Of a DNA stretch of 64,000 nucleotides, positions 24,859-36,612 are shown in pieces (position 1 is the first letter of the stretch; every line of letters begins with the position of its first letter). The translations under genes were made by a program, and so were the position numbers. Under the pieces are notes generated by a model. It was given only the letters and a program-made list of their open reading frames with translations, searched no databases and had not been told where the DNA came from. The stretch is from Rebecca billardiae RCC1528. Taxonomy: Eukaryota > Protista > Haptophyta. Location of the stretch: NCBI GenBank assembly GCA_965240325.2, contig OZ251223.1:2666001-2730000 (forward strand), written 5' to 3'.

Positions 24859-25702
24859 GCCCGTGGGTCCATTCCATCGATGAGAAGGGCGCTGCGGGTG
24901 ACGCGGGGATGCATGCTATGCAAATCGCGCACGCAGTGGCGCCCATTGTTCGTGACTTCGGACTCACTCCGAGTCCGACGGCAGGTCGCCGTGGGTGACC
25001 CCGCCGCCCCGCCCGCTGCGCGGGTCACAGGCGGCGGGGCGAGGCCGAGGAACGCTCAACGCCGGGTCGCCGCGGCGCAGCACGGGGGCGCACGGCGGCG
25101 TACTCGGCCGCCGCGGATGACCGTCGGATATAGGCCGCGTGTAATATACGTAAATATTACGTTGACTCGGCCACCGTGCCTACCGTACCGAGCTACTCAG
25201 CTACTACTATTAGAGTGCCTATAATTTTAGCCTATACCGTAACTGCATGTCCGCGGTAGTATGATAATGAATCATCGCCCGCCCGCTGCCGCCGGCGGCG
25301 GAGTATGGCACTAAGCGACTAAGGCACTATCCGCACTATGACCCGTGTCCGTGAGGCCCGGCGCATCCGCGGATTCCGACGATCCGTCCGCGCGCCGTCG
25401 TGACTGTCACTGACTAATATGGGCGGATGTGAAGCAGCCGGCAGCTTCAGACTATACAGAAGCCTACTAAGGCCGGAACATGAGTACCAGTGTGCTGATG
25501 TGTGTAACATGCACTGCCGACTGCGCCTGCGGCCGTCGGATTGACGGAAACTTCGGGACCGCGGTCGGAAGCGTAAGCGTTGGCTGCGACATGGTGCGAC
25601 GGCCCGGGCCGTGGCGGGCCCGGATGGAGAGCGTAGCACCCTCATGCGCTCATCCGACGGCGGATGGGGCCACCCACGCGTGCATACGTCATACGCCAGC
25701 CC

Positions 25703-26331
25703 TCACGCGGAGGGCTGCTCCGAAGCGTTTGCGTCCAGCGGCCGCTTGACTCCGGCCGCGGACTCATCTTTGGCAGCGACGCCAGTCGAGCCAAAGCCGC
25801 CAGCAGCGCGCTCGGTATCATCCAGCGACTCGACCTCCACAACGTCCGGGGTGGAGATGCGCTCGAGGACGAGCTGAGCGACGCGATCGCCGCGCTTCAC
25901 CTCGAAAGCAGTCTCGGAGTGATTGAAGAGGAGGACACCGACGTTTCCACGGTAGTCACAATCGATGACGCCGGCGCCAACATCGATGAAGTGCTTCCAC
26001 GCAAGGCCTGACCGTGGGGCTGCACGATGAGGAGGGCACGAAGGGGGAAGCGGGCATGAGCGCAGAGCTGCGCGAAACCGGCGCCAGTCGCTTGGGATGG
26101 GCACGGACGGACCCGCCCGGTCGCGTGTGCGCGCGGAGTGGCGCGCGCACCGATCCGGCCATAGTGCCCGTCGGGAATGGCCATCTCGAGGTCTGTCTTG
26201 CACAGGGCCTTGCCGCGCGGCGGGATGGTGCAGTCGTACGCGGACGACAAGTCGTACCCCGCGGCGCCCGCCGAACCGCGAGCAGGCAGCAGCGCGAACT
26301 CAGAGATCTTCTTCACGCGGAGGACCGACAT
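25703..26331 (-). CDS. DUT: dUTP diphosphatase (trimeric dUTPase); intron 26020-26150
   Basis: All five motifs present: AGYDL, GRIAPRSGLA (across the splice), [14 protein letters not shown] and R..GGFGSTG. Confidence 0.97.
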
Positions 26332-26631
26332 GACGGAGCCGAGCACGAGCTGACGGTTGGTCGCAGACACACTTTCAGGTCGGAAAGGACCAGTGGCCAG
26401 TGCACGACGCATAATTTCAAATTCGTTGTCCGTGCCGCCACCCCGTCACTGGTCACCGGGCGGGCAAAGGGCCGCCCACTGCTGCAGTGCTGAGCAATCC
26501 GCTGCGGAATCAACTCAATCAAGACAAAAGGAGAAAAAGGAGAAAGAAGCGTCGAAGCGCAGGCTTGCGCAGCGCGCTTGCGCGGAGGCCGAGCGCCCAG
26601 TGGTTGGCCGGGCGGTCACTGCGCCGCCAGC

Positions 26632-27761
26632 ATGGAGCAGCTCATCGAGGCGTCGAGCGCGGGGGTGGCCGGGATGATCGCGACGACTTCGGTGTACCCA
26701 CTCGAGGTTGTCAAGACCAACATGCAGGCGCAGACGCGGTCACGCAACACAGCGGAGGGCGCGTCCGCGCGGACAGAGCGGCCAAAGAGCATCGCGGACG
26801 TCGTGCGCGAGGTGTACACGCGTGATGGTGCGGAGGGATTCTACGCAGGGAGCCAGATAGCCGCGGTGCAGGCGTTCATCGAAAAGTTTGTCTACTTCTG
26901 TGCGCGCCGCCGTGCGTGCCCCTGCACGCGCTATGGCGCGCAGCGCCGCGGAGTCCGCTCAGTCAGCCGCGCGCTGTCGCGGCGTGCGCAGACACCTACT
27001 CCGGGCTCAAGGAGCTGTACAGCCGGCTGACCGGGGGCCTCTCGCTGAAGGCCACGCTGCTCATTGGCTACGTCTCCGACTGGTCGCACCTGGCTCTCAC
27101 CATGCCCGCCGAGCAGATCGCCGTGCGCATGCAGACGAGGCAGTCGGGCTCTGTGCTCGACGCGCTCTCTGCCATCGTGGCCGAGAAGGGTGTGCTCGGG
27201 CTGTACCGGGGCATCGCGGCGTACGTGGTGCTCGGGCTGAAGCCGGCGATTCAGCTGACCGTGTTCGAGGCACTGAAGAAGCGCGTGCTCGCTCGCGCCA
27301 CCGGGAGCGCCGCTTCCGGGCTGAGTGCGGCGCAGGCGTTTGCGATCGGCGCGATTGCGCGCGCGGTCGCGACCGTCCTTGTCTTCCCGTGCACGCGCGC
27401 CAAGGTGCTGATGATGACGAGCGCGGCAGCCAGTGCGCAGGCGGAGGGCGGCACACATGGCGGTGGGCCGGGCACGCAGCCGTCGGCGCCCGCGCGCACT
27501 AGCGTGCTCCAGCTCCTGCTGCAGAGCGTGCGTGACGAGGGCCCCCTCTCCCTCTATCAGGGCATCAAGCCAGAGCTGGTGCGCGGCGTGCTGTCCTCGG
27601 CTGTCATGCTGATGGCCAAGGAGAAGATCGCCGCGGCGAACCGCAGCGCGATCGAGGCGCTGCTGCGCCCGGCGCCTTCTGCGCAGCATCGTGTGGGCGC
27701 TGCCACACCGTCGACGCCAAGAGCACCGGCTGGTCCGAGATCGTCGTCCTCGGCAATATGA
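26632..27761 (+). CDS. Mitochondrial carrier family (SLC25) protein, peroxisomal adenine nucleotide/CoA carrier type (PMP34/ANT1-like); intron 26900-26991
   Basis: Three carrier repeats: 'YPLEVVKTNMQ', 'MPAEQIAVRMQ' and 'FPCTRAKV'. 'KFVYFYTYS' forms across the splice, followed later by 'LYQGIKPELVRGVL'. Confidence 0.88.
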
Positions 27762-28024
27762 ATAACATCATCGTCGTCGTCATCTTAATTTTATTTTTTG
27801 CGCCCGGCCCCGGGGGCACGCGCCCGCGGGGGCGCTGCACGACCGAACTACTTTGATCGAGAGTTCGAGACGACGGCTGGGCGACGCGTGGCACCGCGAC
27901 GGCACCGCGGTGGCGCACGCGCGTCGACGCCAGTCGCCAGTCGGTGCGTCGAGCCGTTCCGAGCTCGGCGGCGACGGACCATGGAAATCGTGATGATGAC
28001 TGATGGGCGACTGACGAGGGGCCG

Positions 28025-28026
<2 letters not shown>

Positions 28027-28068
<42 letters not shown>
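28027..28068. repeat. (GA)n microsatellite
   Basis: Directly visible in the sequence. Confidence 0.95.
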
Positions 28069-28072
<4 letters not shown>

Positions 28073-28220
28073 ATAATGCTATATGATTTAAAGACACAGG
28101 CATGTGAGGGCGTAGCTCCGTCCTGATATTCGATACTATCGGCATTAGAGTGAAACTGCGGTAGTTAATAAATAAAGTACGACAGGCAATCGCGGGCAAT
28201 AAGAAGGAGCTGCATGTCAC

Positions 28221-29922
28221 GTTATGGCCCGCGCGGTGCAGGGCGGAGCGCGCAGCGTGGAGCCCGCACCAGCGGGCCCGAACAACGTTTCAAAAAGATC
28301 TTTGATCAAGAAAAAAGGGACGGGGGACGATTTTCATGGCTGGAGGAGACCGAGTTTCGAATTTTGAGACCCTCTCTAACATGCATCACGGCCGAAAAAG
28401 GTCGCGCCCACGGCAAGTTCATAGTAAAGCGTGGCGCGGAGTGACGCCCGTCCAAAAAACTTCACGCCCTTTAGGATCCCTAACGTAACGAACCGTTACA
28501 AGCGATTTTTCCGGCCAATGAGATTGCAGCAAGGTCCAAGGTCGGGGCAAGGAGCGATGACGTATCTAGATAGAGATTGCCGCGAACCGATGTGACCATG
28601 TACGTCCCTTGAATCAGTTGAATCAACTATTCAATCGCGCCGTGTCTGTATCAGGAGCCGACGAGGCAAGGGTCAGTAGCCGATGGGCCAACCTCGGCGA
28701 ATCTCAATACTATCTGACGCGAACGGACTTGGTTGGGCGCGCGCGTGGCCCCGGGCGGCGGCCCACCAGAGGCGGCCCGCGTTTGGTCTTTGGAGGCGAG
28801 CCACGGGCACGAGGCTCACGAGCGACCGACGGGTGAGGACGGCGATGGGCAGGTGCGCGCGGCGAATGGCGCCTGGAGCGCGCGGCTGCGGCGGGTCCCG
28901 ACTGCCGTCGACATCGCGTTCGTCGTGCCCCCGCTCACTCCGCGCGCCCCCGCCGCCCCTGCCGCCCTGTCGATGCCTCGCTCGGCGCGGCCTTGCGCGG
29001 CCCCGGCGCGTCCGCGAGCCGGCGCCGCAGCCGCCGCCCTGTGTTCGGGCTCTCGCAAGCTCGGGGGCAGCGGCGCCTGATGCCGGACTGATCGATCTCT
29101 GAGCCTTCGACTTCACCACGCGCCGCCCTTGCCATGCCTTTCCGGGGTCTCCCAGAACTCTTCTTGATTGAGAGAGAGCAGGCGCGCCGACGATCCGAGT
29201 CCATCGTCGGTCGACTCTGAGCGAGGGCTACGCCTCGGAACTGAACGGTACTCTACGAGGAGGACGAGCTGCGCGGGCGACGGTGGTGCGTGACGTCCCC
29301 AGAGCTGGCCGTGCCTCTGCAACGCGTGCCGAGCCTGATCGAGGTGTGTCAGCTGCCCGTGCACGCGCGGCGAGTGCGCGAACCGGATCACCGGTGCCCT
29401 CGCACCTCGGCACCGTGCTCCCTCGGGCTGTCAGCTCCGCGTGGCCTGGCGTGCACGTAGAGTTGCGCTCATGCGTCGATCACGCCTCGCGCCCGCCTGT
29501 CGGCCGTCGCGCAGGCGCTGGTCGAACCCTACTCGGACCCTACTCCTCCAGCCCTACTCCCGGGCGCTGCCGGCGCGGGGGGTGACCCCGGGGACAGCGG
29601 TCAGCAGCAGCGGCCCGAACGAATCCGCGGCCCCGCACCGTGCTCCCTGGCTGTCAGCTCCGCGTGGCCTGGTGTGCACGTGGAGTCGCGCTCATGCGTC
29701 GATCACGCCTCGTCGCATCCGCCTGTACACAATCGGCCGCCGCGCCGGCGGCTGCAATGGGCCCGCCCGGCGCGGCGGGCGGCGGCGCGCCGCTGATGGA
29801 GTCTAGTTGTACGGGCATATGCAACTGGTCTGTCAATAGACGACTGCGACGGAGGGTGCACCGCCACCGCGGGCCCTGAACTACGTTCGTTCTACGGAAA
29901 AAGGACCGCGGAACGCGGTCAT
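28221..29922 (+). mobile_element. Non-autonomous Helitron2/Helentron-like element, copy B
   Basis: 5' GTTAT-GGCCCGC folds with GCGGGCC (28272-28278). Subterminal CACCGCGGGCC at 29865-29875. 3' hairpin GACCGCG-GAA-CGCGGTC at 29904-29920, followed by (AT)n. Inverted homologue of 20390-22008. Confidence 0.72.
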
Positions 29923-30920
29923 ATATATATATAAGAAACTGGGGCTTGAGCTGAGGCGGCGCGTGTCGCCCGAGCCGGCGGCGGGTTCGCGCGCGAGTGC
30001 GCGTGGTGGGCAGCTAATAATCATCATATATAATGCTGTCGTCGATCGAATGGCGTGCAGGCAGGCGCCAGGCCCAGCAGGCTGCGTGACGTCTGACGAC
30101 TCATGTCTCATGAATCTATCTCATCCGGTCGTCGTTATTATTACATCAGACAGATGATAACAGATCAGCGCCCGGCGAACGTAGTTATGATACCGAGACC
30201 GAGCAGGATACTGCGGCGGCACGGCCAGACCGACTGCGGCGGCGCACAACGCCTGGTACCGTTGGTACGATAATGTCGTAGCTGCTGGTGCGCGCCTGCG
30301 CGGCACCAACGCCGGCGGCGGCGGCGCTAGCTAGACACAGGCTGTGACCTGTGCGAGGCGCGGCTCGAGGCGCGCAGCGGTGGCCTGCGTGCGAGCAGCC
30401 TGTGCGGACGTGCCGATCGGAAGGGCTCGAAAGAGGCTCAAGACGCACCCCGCCGTCGATGGAAGCAGATGAGCAGCTGGCGATGGTGCCGCGGCCGTCG
30501 GTGCCGCCGGGTCCCGCAGGCCGGCGGCGCGACGGTGCGAGCGCGGAGAAGCAGCCAGCGTGATGGCTCGGGCCGAGTGGCTGTGCAGCCACGCTCCGAG
30601 GGTGCACGTGCTGCGTGGTGATGAGTGGAGTACGCGTGTCGTGTATGGTAGATGCTACATGCAAAGCGCAGAAACAGAGAGCAGGCTCACGACGATGGCG
30701 TGAGTGCGGAGGCGGGTGAAGCCGGCCCGCGCACGGACGTGCGGAGGCGTGCGTGCCTGGGGGCGCGCACGGTCGCCCGCGTGGTGGAGGCAGAAAGGGG
30801 CGGCGATTGCCGAGCCCGCCTGGTGGCCACGCGCGCGGCCGAGCGCCCACGCGCCCATCCCGCGCCGCCGCCGGCGCGACCGAGCGCCACGCCCCGAGCG
30901 AGCGGCGGGCGTGCGGGCGC

Positions 30921-30995
30921 CTAGAAGAGCTGGAAGCTGCCGCCGCCCGGCGCGCGGTGCGCGCAGCTGCCGCCGCCGCCGCCGTGGTGGTGGTG

Positions 30996-31036
<41 letters not shown>

Positions 31037-32435
31037 TCATCGCGCCGACGGCGAGCCTGGGCGCCATCGGCATGCCTTGGCCAAAGAAGGGCCCCTCGTG
31101 CTGGATGTACTCGAAGCGCGAGTTGGCGGCGGCGGCCGGGTGCTGCGAGGTGGTCGCGGCGTGCGCGACCGGCTGCGCGCGCGGCACGAGGGTGAGCGGC
31201 TTGTCGAGCGTGGTACAGAAGGGGCTGTAGCGCGGCAGCTGCGCGTGGTGCGCATAGTAGGCGTGGTGGTGCTGCGCTGCCGGGTGGGGCACGCCGCTGT
31301 GCGCGGGCTGCGCCGGGGGCACCGCGCCGTGGGCGTGATGGAGCGCGCCGTGCGGCTGGCCGACCACGACGGGCGTCGGCACCGCGCAGCCGTGCAGCTG
31401 CGGACTGGGACTGAGGGCCGAGGCGGAGGCGGAGGTGAACGTGGCTGAGCTCGGGGCGGCGGCGGTGGCAAGGAACGCCTCTGCCGCGGAGATGGCCGCG
31501 CCCATCGCCTTGGGCGGCAGCGGCGCGCTGCACGGCGGCCTGAGCGCGCCGCCGTGATGCGAGCCCGCGAGCAGCGAGTGCATGTACCCGGCAGCGTCTG
31601 CAGCGCCGAGCGCGTGCGCGTGTGCGCACGGCGCGAGGCTGGGCTGCACGGCGGCGGGCTGCGGCGCGCACGCCGGCAGGGGCGCGGCGCCGCGCTCGGC
31701 CGCGCCGCCGCCCGCCGCCGAGACGCTCGCGTGCCCGAGCGGCGAGGGCAGGCCGCACGTGCCCGCTGCCGGCCCGATCGGCGCGTGCGCGCTGCTCGTC
31801 ACCGGCACGCCGGGCGACACGAACGCGGCGGCGCCGAGCGGCGGCGCGGAGGCCGGCTCGAGCGGGGCGGCGCCCGTCAGTACGGCTGGGTGCAGAGCGG
31901 CGTGTGGCGTGCTGAAGCCATGCGGCGGCGCGCACGGCGCGAGCGGTGCGCTCACGCCGCCCACCGACGCGCCCGGCGCGCAGCTCGTGCCGACGCCTAG
32001 CCCGGCGCTGCCCGCGAGCGCGGCGCCGGCGTGCGCGAGCGCCCCGTCGGCGCCGGACCCGAGGCCGACGCCGTCGGCGACACTGCCCGCAGGCGGGTGC
32101 ATGCCGTGTGCGAAGGGCGAGCACGTCGGTGGCGGCGGCGGCGCGAGCGGCAGAGCGCCGAGGCTCGGGCTCACGCTGGGTGCGCAGTACGCGGCCGCCG
32201 AGAGCGGCGCGCCCGCAGCCGCGCCCGCCGCCAGGCTCAGCTCGGCCGCCGGCTGGCAGAGCGGCGCGCACACCGCGGCCGCCGCCGGCGGATGTGTGGG
32301 TGGGTGCGTGGCCGCGCCGGTGTGGGCAACGCCGAGTGACGCCGCGAGCAGCGCGAGCTGCGCCTGCACGGCCGCGCCGTCAGCGCCGGGGCCCACGGCC
32401 GGCAGACCTGCACTCACCGTCCCAGAGGCGCCTGC

Positions 32436-32473
<38 letters not shown>

Positions 32474-35015
32474 GGGCGCGCGCGTCTGAGCGCGCGCCAC
32501 TCGACGCCTCCGCGCGCGCGCACGCTCAGGCGGCGTCCGAGTGCGCATGGCGCACGGGCGCAGGGCTGGCGCTCGGGGCAGCGCGCGCGCGCGCTCTGGC
32601 GCTCGGGCGGCGCGCCAACGCCCGCGCGCGCGCGCGCGCGCCCTGCCCCGCACCTGCCGCGCCTGCGAGGAGGTAGGGAGCGAATGGGGCGAGCGCGAGC
32701 AGCGGGCTGCACGCGCCGGCCGCGGGCAGGGCGCCACCCATGAGCGCCTGCTGCGCCGCGGCGACGGCCGCGAGGCTCGCCGGCATGTCGGCGCGCGCGA
32801 GCAGCGCGGCGGCCGCCGCCGCTGCCGCCTGCTGCTGCTGCTGCAGCACCGCCGCCGCCGCCGCCGCCGCGGGCGAGAAGGCCGCCGCGATCTGAGACGG
32901 GTCGGCGGCGCCGGGCTGCGGGCCGCCACCGTACACGGCTGCAGGCAGGGCGGGGGGGCGCGCGCGCACGCCGGGGCGCAGCGCGCGTGAGCGCCCGGCG
33001 CGGTGCGGCGAGGCGGGGTGCGGTGGTGCCGGACGCGAGCCATCCCGGGCGATCTCACGAGCGATCTCGAGCGAGATCTCGCGCGCACAGCGGCCCCTGC
33101 CCCCCCCTCCAGTGCACACGCGCAACCCAGCCCAGCGCGCGCGGGCGCGCGCGCAGCGCGCGGAGCGGGGCTGCGCGCGCGCACCGTGAGCGCCGGCGTG
33201 CGGCGCGCCCGGCTGCGCGCGGGGCTCTATGCCCACGGCGCGCGAGCCGCCGTTCGACCGCCCGGCGCCCGCGCCCGCGCCGTTCCCCCTGCCGCGCGCG
33301 CCGCGCGCGCCGTCGCGCGGCCCTGGCGGCTTGGGCGCCGCTCTGTTCACGTCGAGCGTCGCGCCGCGCAGCGTGTGCTCGGCGGCGAGCGCGGCGTAGG
33401 CCGAGCGGTCGGAGGCGTACGTGACGAAGCCGAAGCCCTGCATCCGCCCCGTCGCGTGGCTCTTCGGCAGGTACACGTCGACGATCTCGCCGAACGGCTC
33501 GAAGCGCTCGCGCAGCTCGGGCTCTGTCGCGTCGAGCGGCAACGAGCCGACGTACACGCGCTCGATCGACGGGCGCTCGAGCGCGGCGCGCGCGAGCGGC
33601 GGCGTGCCCGCCGCGGCGGCGGGCGCCGCGGCGCCGAGACCGCCGCCGCCGCCCACCGGCGGCGCCTGCTTCGGCGCCGCCGGGTTGACGACGAGCTCGG
33701 CGCCGCCGCCGAGCACCGGCTGCGAGGCGAGTGCCGCGTAGGCCGAGCGCCGGTCCGCAAACGTGACGAAGCCGAAGGGCTGCGCCTTGCCCGTGGCGTG
33801 GTGGCGCGGCACGTACACGTCTTTGACGGCGCCGAAGCGCTCGAACAGCTGGCGCAGCTGCTCCGCGCTCAGCGAGGGCGGCAGGTTCGAGATGTGCACG
33901 CGCTCCTCGAGCTCGGCGCCCGCGTCTGAGCCGGCGAGGGCGCCGCCGCCCGGCGCGCTGCCGGGCGGGCTGAGGCTCTCGGGGGCGCGCATGGCCGCGG
34001 GAGAGGAGCCGCGTGGCAGCGCGGCGGCGGCGGTGAGGCCGCTCGCGGGTGGCAGCGCCGCCGCCGCCACCTGCGTCGGCGCCGCCGCCCCCGCCGCCTC
34101 CTGCGGCTTCGGGTCGGCGCGGTTGACTGCAATCTGCCTGCCGCCAAACACGTGCTGCGCGCTGAGCACCCTGCGCGCGGCGCTCTCCGAGTCGAGGGTG
34201 ACGAAGCCGAAGGGCTGCAGCGTGCCCGTCGTGTGGTTGCGCGGCAGGTACACGTCCTCCACCACGCCCCACTGCGCGAAGTGCGCCGTCAGCTCGTCGA
34301 CGGACGTGCCCTCGGGCAGCCCGCCCATGTACAGCCGGACGGCGGCGCCGCACGCGGTGCTCGGGGGCGTGCCCGGCGGCACGACGCCGTTCCCGCCGTT
34401 CGAGCCCGCCCACGGCCGGGCGCTCGCGGTGCTACTCGGAGCGGGCGCGCTCACCAGCTCGCGCGGCGCGTTGGCCGCGTTCACCTCGATCTCACGCCCG
34501 CAGAGAACGTGCACCTCTGCGAGCGCAGCGCGCGCGGAGCCCACATCGTTGAATGTGATGAAGCCAAAGCCCTGGCTCCTCCCCGTGTGGTGTGATTTGG
34601 GCAAGTACACGTCTATGATCTCGCCGAAGCGTGCAAACGCCTCGCGCAGCTGTGCGCGCGCGAGCGGCGCCCGTGCGGGTGGCACGCACACACGCGCGGC
34701 GCGCGGGGCGGCACACCGCGTGAGCGCAGGGCCGCAAGGCGGAGGGCGAGCATGCGCAGGGGAGCGCGGAGATATGGCCCGAAGGAGGCCGGTGCGTGCT
34801 AGGAAGACGTGATGCAGCCAACCCGTCGGCCCCACCCCTTCAGCCCCCGGGCAGAGTCCGAGCCAGCCCTTGACGCGAGGGATGTCCATTGTCTCGCCGT
34901 GGACGACGCGCCTCACGCCCCGGCGCGTACGCGCGCAGCACACCTCGATATCTGTCGCAGTGTCGGGCAGCCGTCCGACGTAGATCCTCGTTTCACCGCC
35001 CTTGGCGGCGCGCAT
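30921..35015 (-). CDS. RNA-binding protein with four RRMs and a long Ala/Pro/Gly/His low-complexity tail; introns 34650-34943, 32939-33184 and 32432-32653
   Basis: Four copies of RNP2 ('IYVGRLP', 'LYMGGLP', 'VHISNLP', 'VYVGSLP'), each followed by 'DVYxPx.H.TG..Q.FGFVT'-type RNP1. Splicing links ORF 32526..35312 to ORF 30921..32417. Confidence 0.85.
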
Positions 35016-36612
35016 CGTGTGGGGGCCACAAAGCTGCAGCGCCTCCCGGCTCGCGCCAGCGCACGTGCGGATGCTTGCGGGGGAGTTGCAGGTGAGAAGG
35101 CTGGCGACCCTGATGGAGAGTGGGGGCTCCACTCCGCCCCTGGGCGAGCCGTTCCCCGATGCCCGGGGCGCGCCACCCTCACCAGGCGGGTTTCTCGCTG
35201 GAGCGAAGCGAGAGCTCTCAGAACGGCGAAGTCCTGAAGTACCCTTCTCGGTTGAGAACACTAGGACTCGACCATAGAATGATCCCAGCGAAAGACGGAC
35301 TAGGCATCTCAACCAGATTCATGAACTGGCAAGCGTTCATTGGTCCGCCCAGATGTACGACGTGAATTCGAGGTCATTCGGCAAGTAATTAATCACTGGC
35401 CCTCATCCCCTCCCGGACTTCCTATAGCTGATCCTTCTGCTTCCTCCATCGTTCGCGGAACGCGTGTCGCCTGCGCCCGCGGCAGCATCGGACGTCCCAG
35501 AGGCGCTGGGTGGCCGCCCAGATGTCCACAAGCGCCAGAATACTGCTCTCAGCAGCGCGCGCGCACGCCCGTGTCGCATGTGCACGCGTCGCGGCAGCGT
35601 TTGGGGCTGCGGGCGCTGGACGCGCCACCGACCAGCTCGACCAGATGGTCCCGTCGACTAGCGAAGGATTCGGCCCCGATGATGACCGGCGGGGGGCTGA
35701 ATTGCATTGATTACGGCCAAGAGGGCGAGCGCCGCAGCGCATGGTGCGCCCCGGCGACCGCCCCGATCAGTCATCATGCGCGGGCAAGCAGCTTACCGGG
35801 CGTCAGCCCGCGTGCGGACACGAGCCAGCGACCGACCTACCTGCCTAGATTCGCGCCGCACGTGGATGTTATTCGACGGACGAGCTGCAGACAGGGATGT
35901 TGACGGGCGCAACGCCCTTGCTGACCCGCATCAAGCCGACCCATGGGGTCAGTCGTCTCTCTCTCTGCCGGTCAGCTCTGCGAAGTGCACGCACCGCCGC
36001 ACGGCCGGGCCAGTGGCTGGCAATGGCGCAGTCCGGTGCAACTTGTACCTGGCGAGAAGAGCCCGGCGCACCGGTTCGGGCAACGCCCCGGAGCTGAATA
36101 ATCGAGCGATTCCAAAACGACAATCAGTCATGTACCGAACATGTATTATGGCACAATCAGCAGTCTCGCACGCCCTATCAGGATCAAACACAATGCCGAA
36201 TATCGAGTTCGGTGTGGAAGGCGTGATGAAGTTTGGTGAGTTTGCGCACCGGATGGGTGTTACTTAGGCGGGTACGGTATTCGACGACCTCATTACGACG
36301 TAAGCAGAGTGGCAACCAATCATGACACGATGACAACAAGCGCCAATCAGAAACTTGCCCAAGGTACTCCATATATGTTGCACGCGATATACATATCATA
36401 TTATTATGTCTAGCAACATTGCCGTATCAGTTAATGGTTTTCCACTATGACTTATGAAACCCGCACGGGTGGGTCGGTCGCCGAAATCACTGCCGAAGCG
36501 GCGAAGCCCGACAGGAATTCTTGCGACCCCCCCCTGTTCTCCAGTTCATGAGCACCGCCACGTCGGCGCGCGGTCCGGTAAGGCGGTACGCACAAGGAGC
36601 CGGACTGAGCGA

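Noticed and set aside
25703-26331. dUTPase as evidence of an endogenous virus
   Set aside because: It has a host-type intron, host codon usage and no viral hallmark genes nearby.
20374-29879. ORFs inside the two inverted elements as possible transposase or Rep proteins
   Set aside because: No HUH, helicase, DDE or RT motifs, and the frames are not conserved between the copies.
35340-36450. ORFs or ncRNA between the RRM gene and hemW
   Set aside because: No recognisable motif and no tRNA or snRNA signature.
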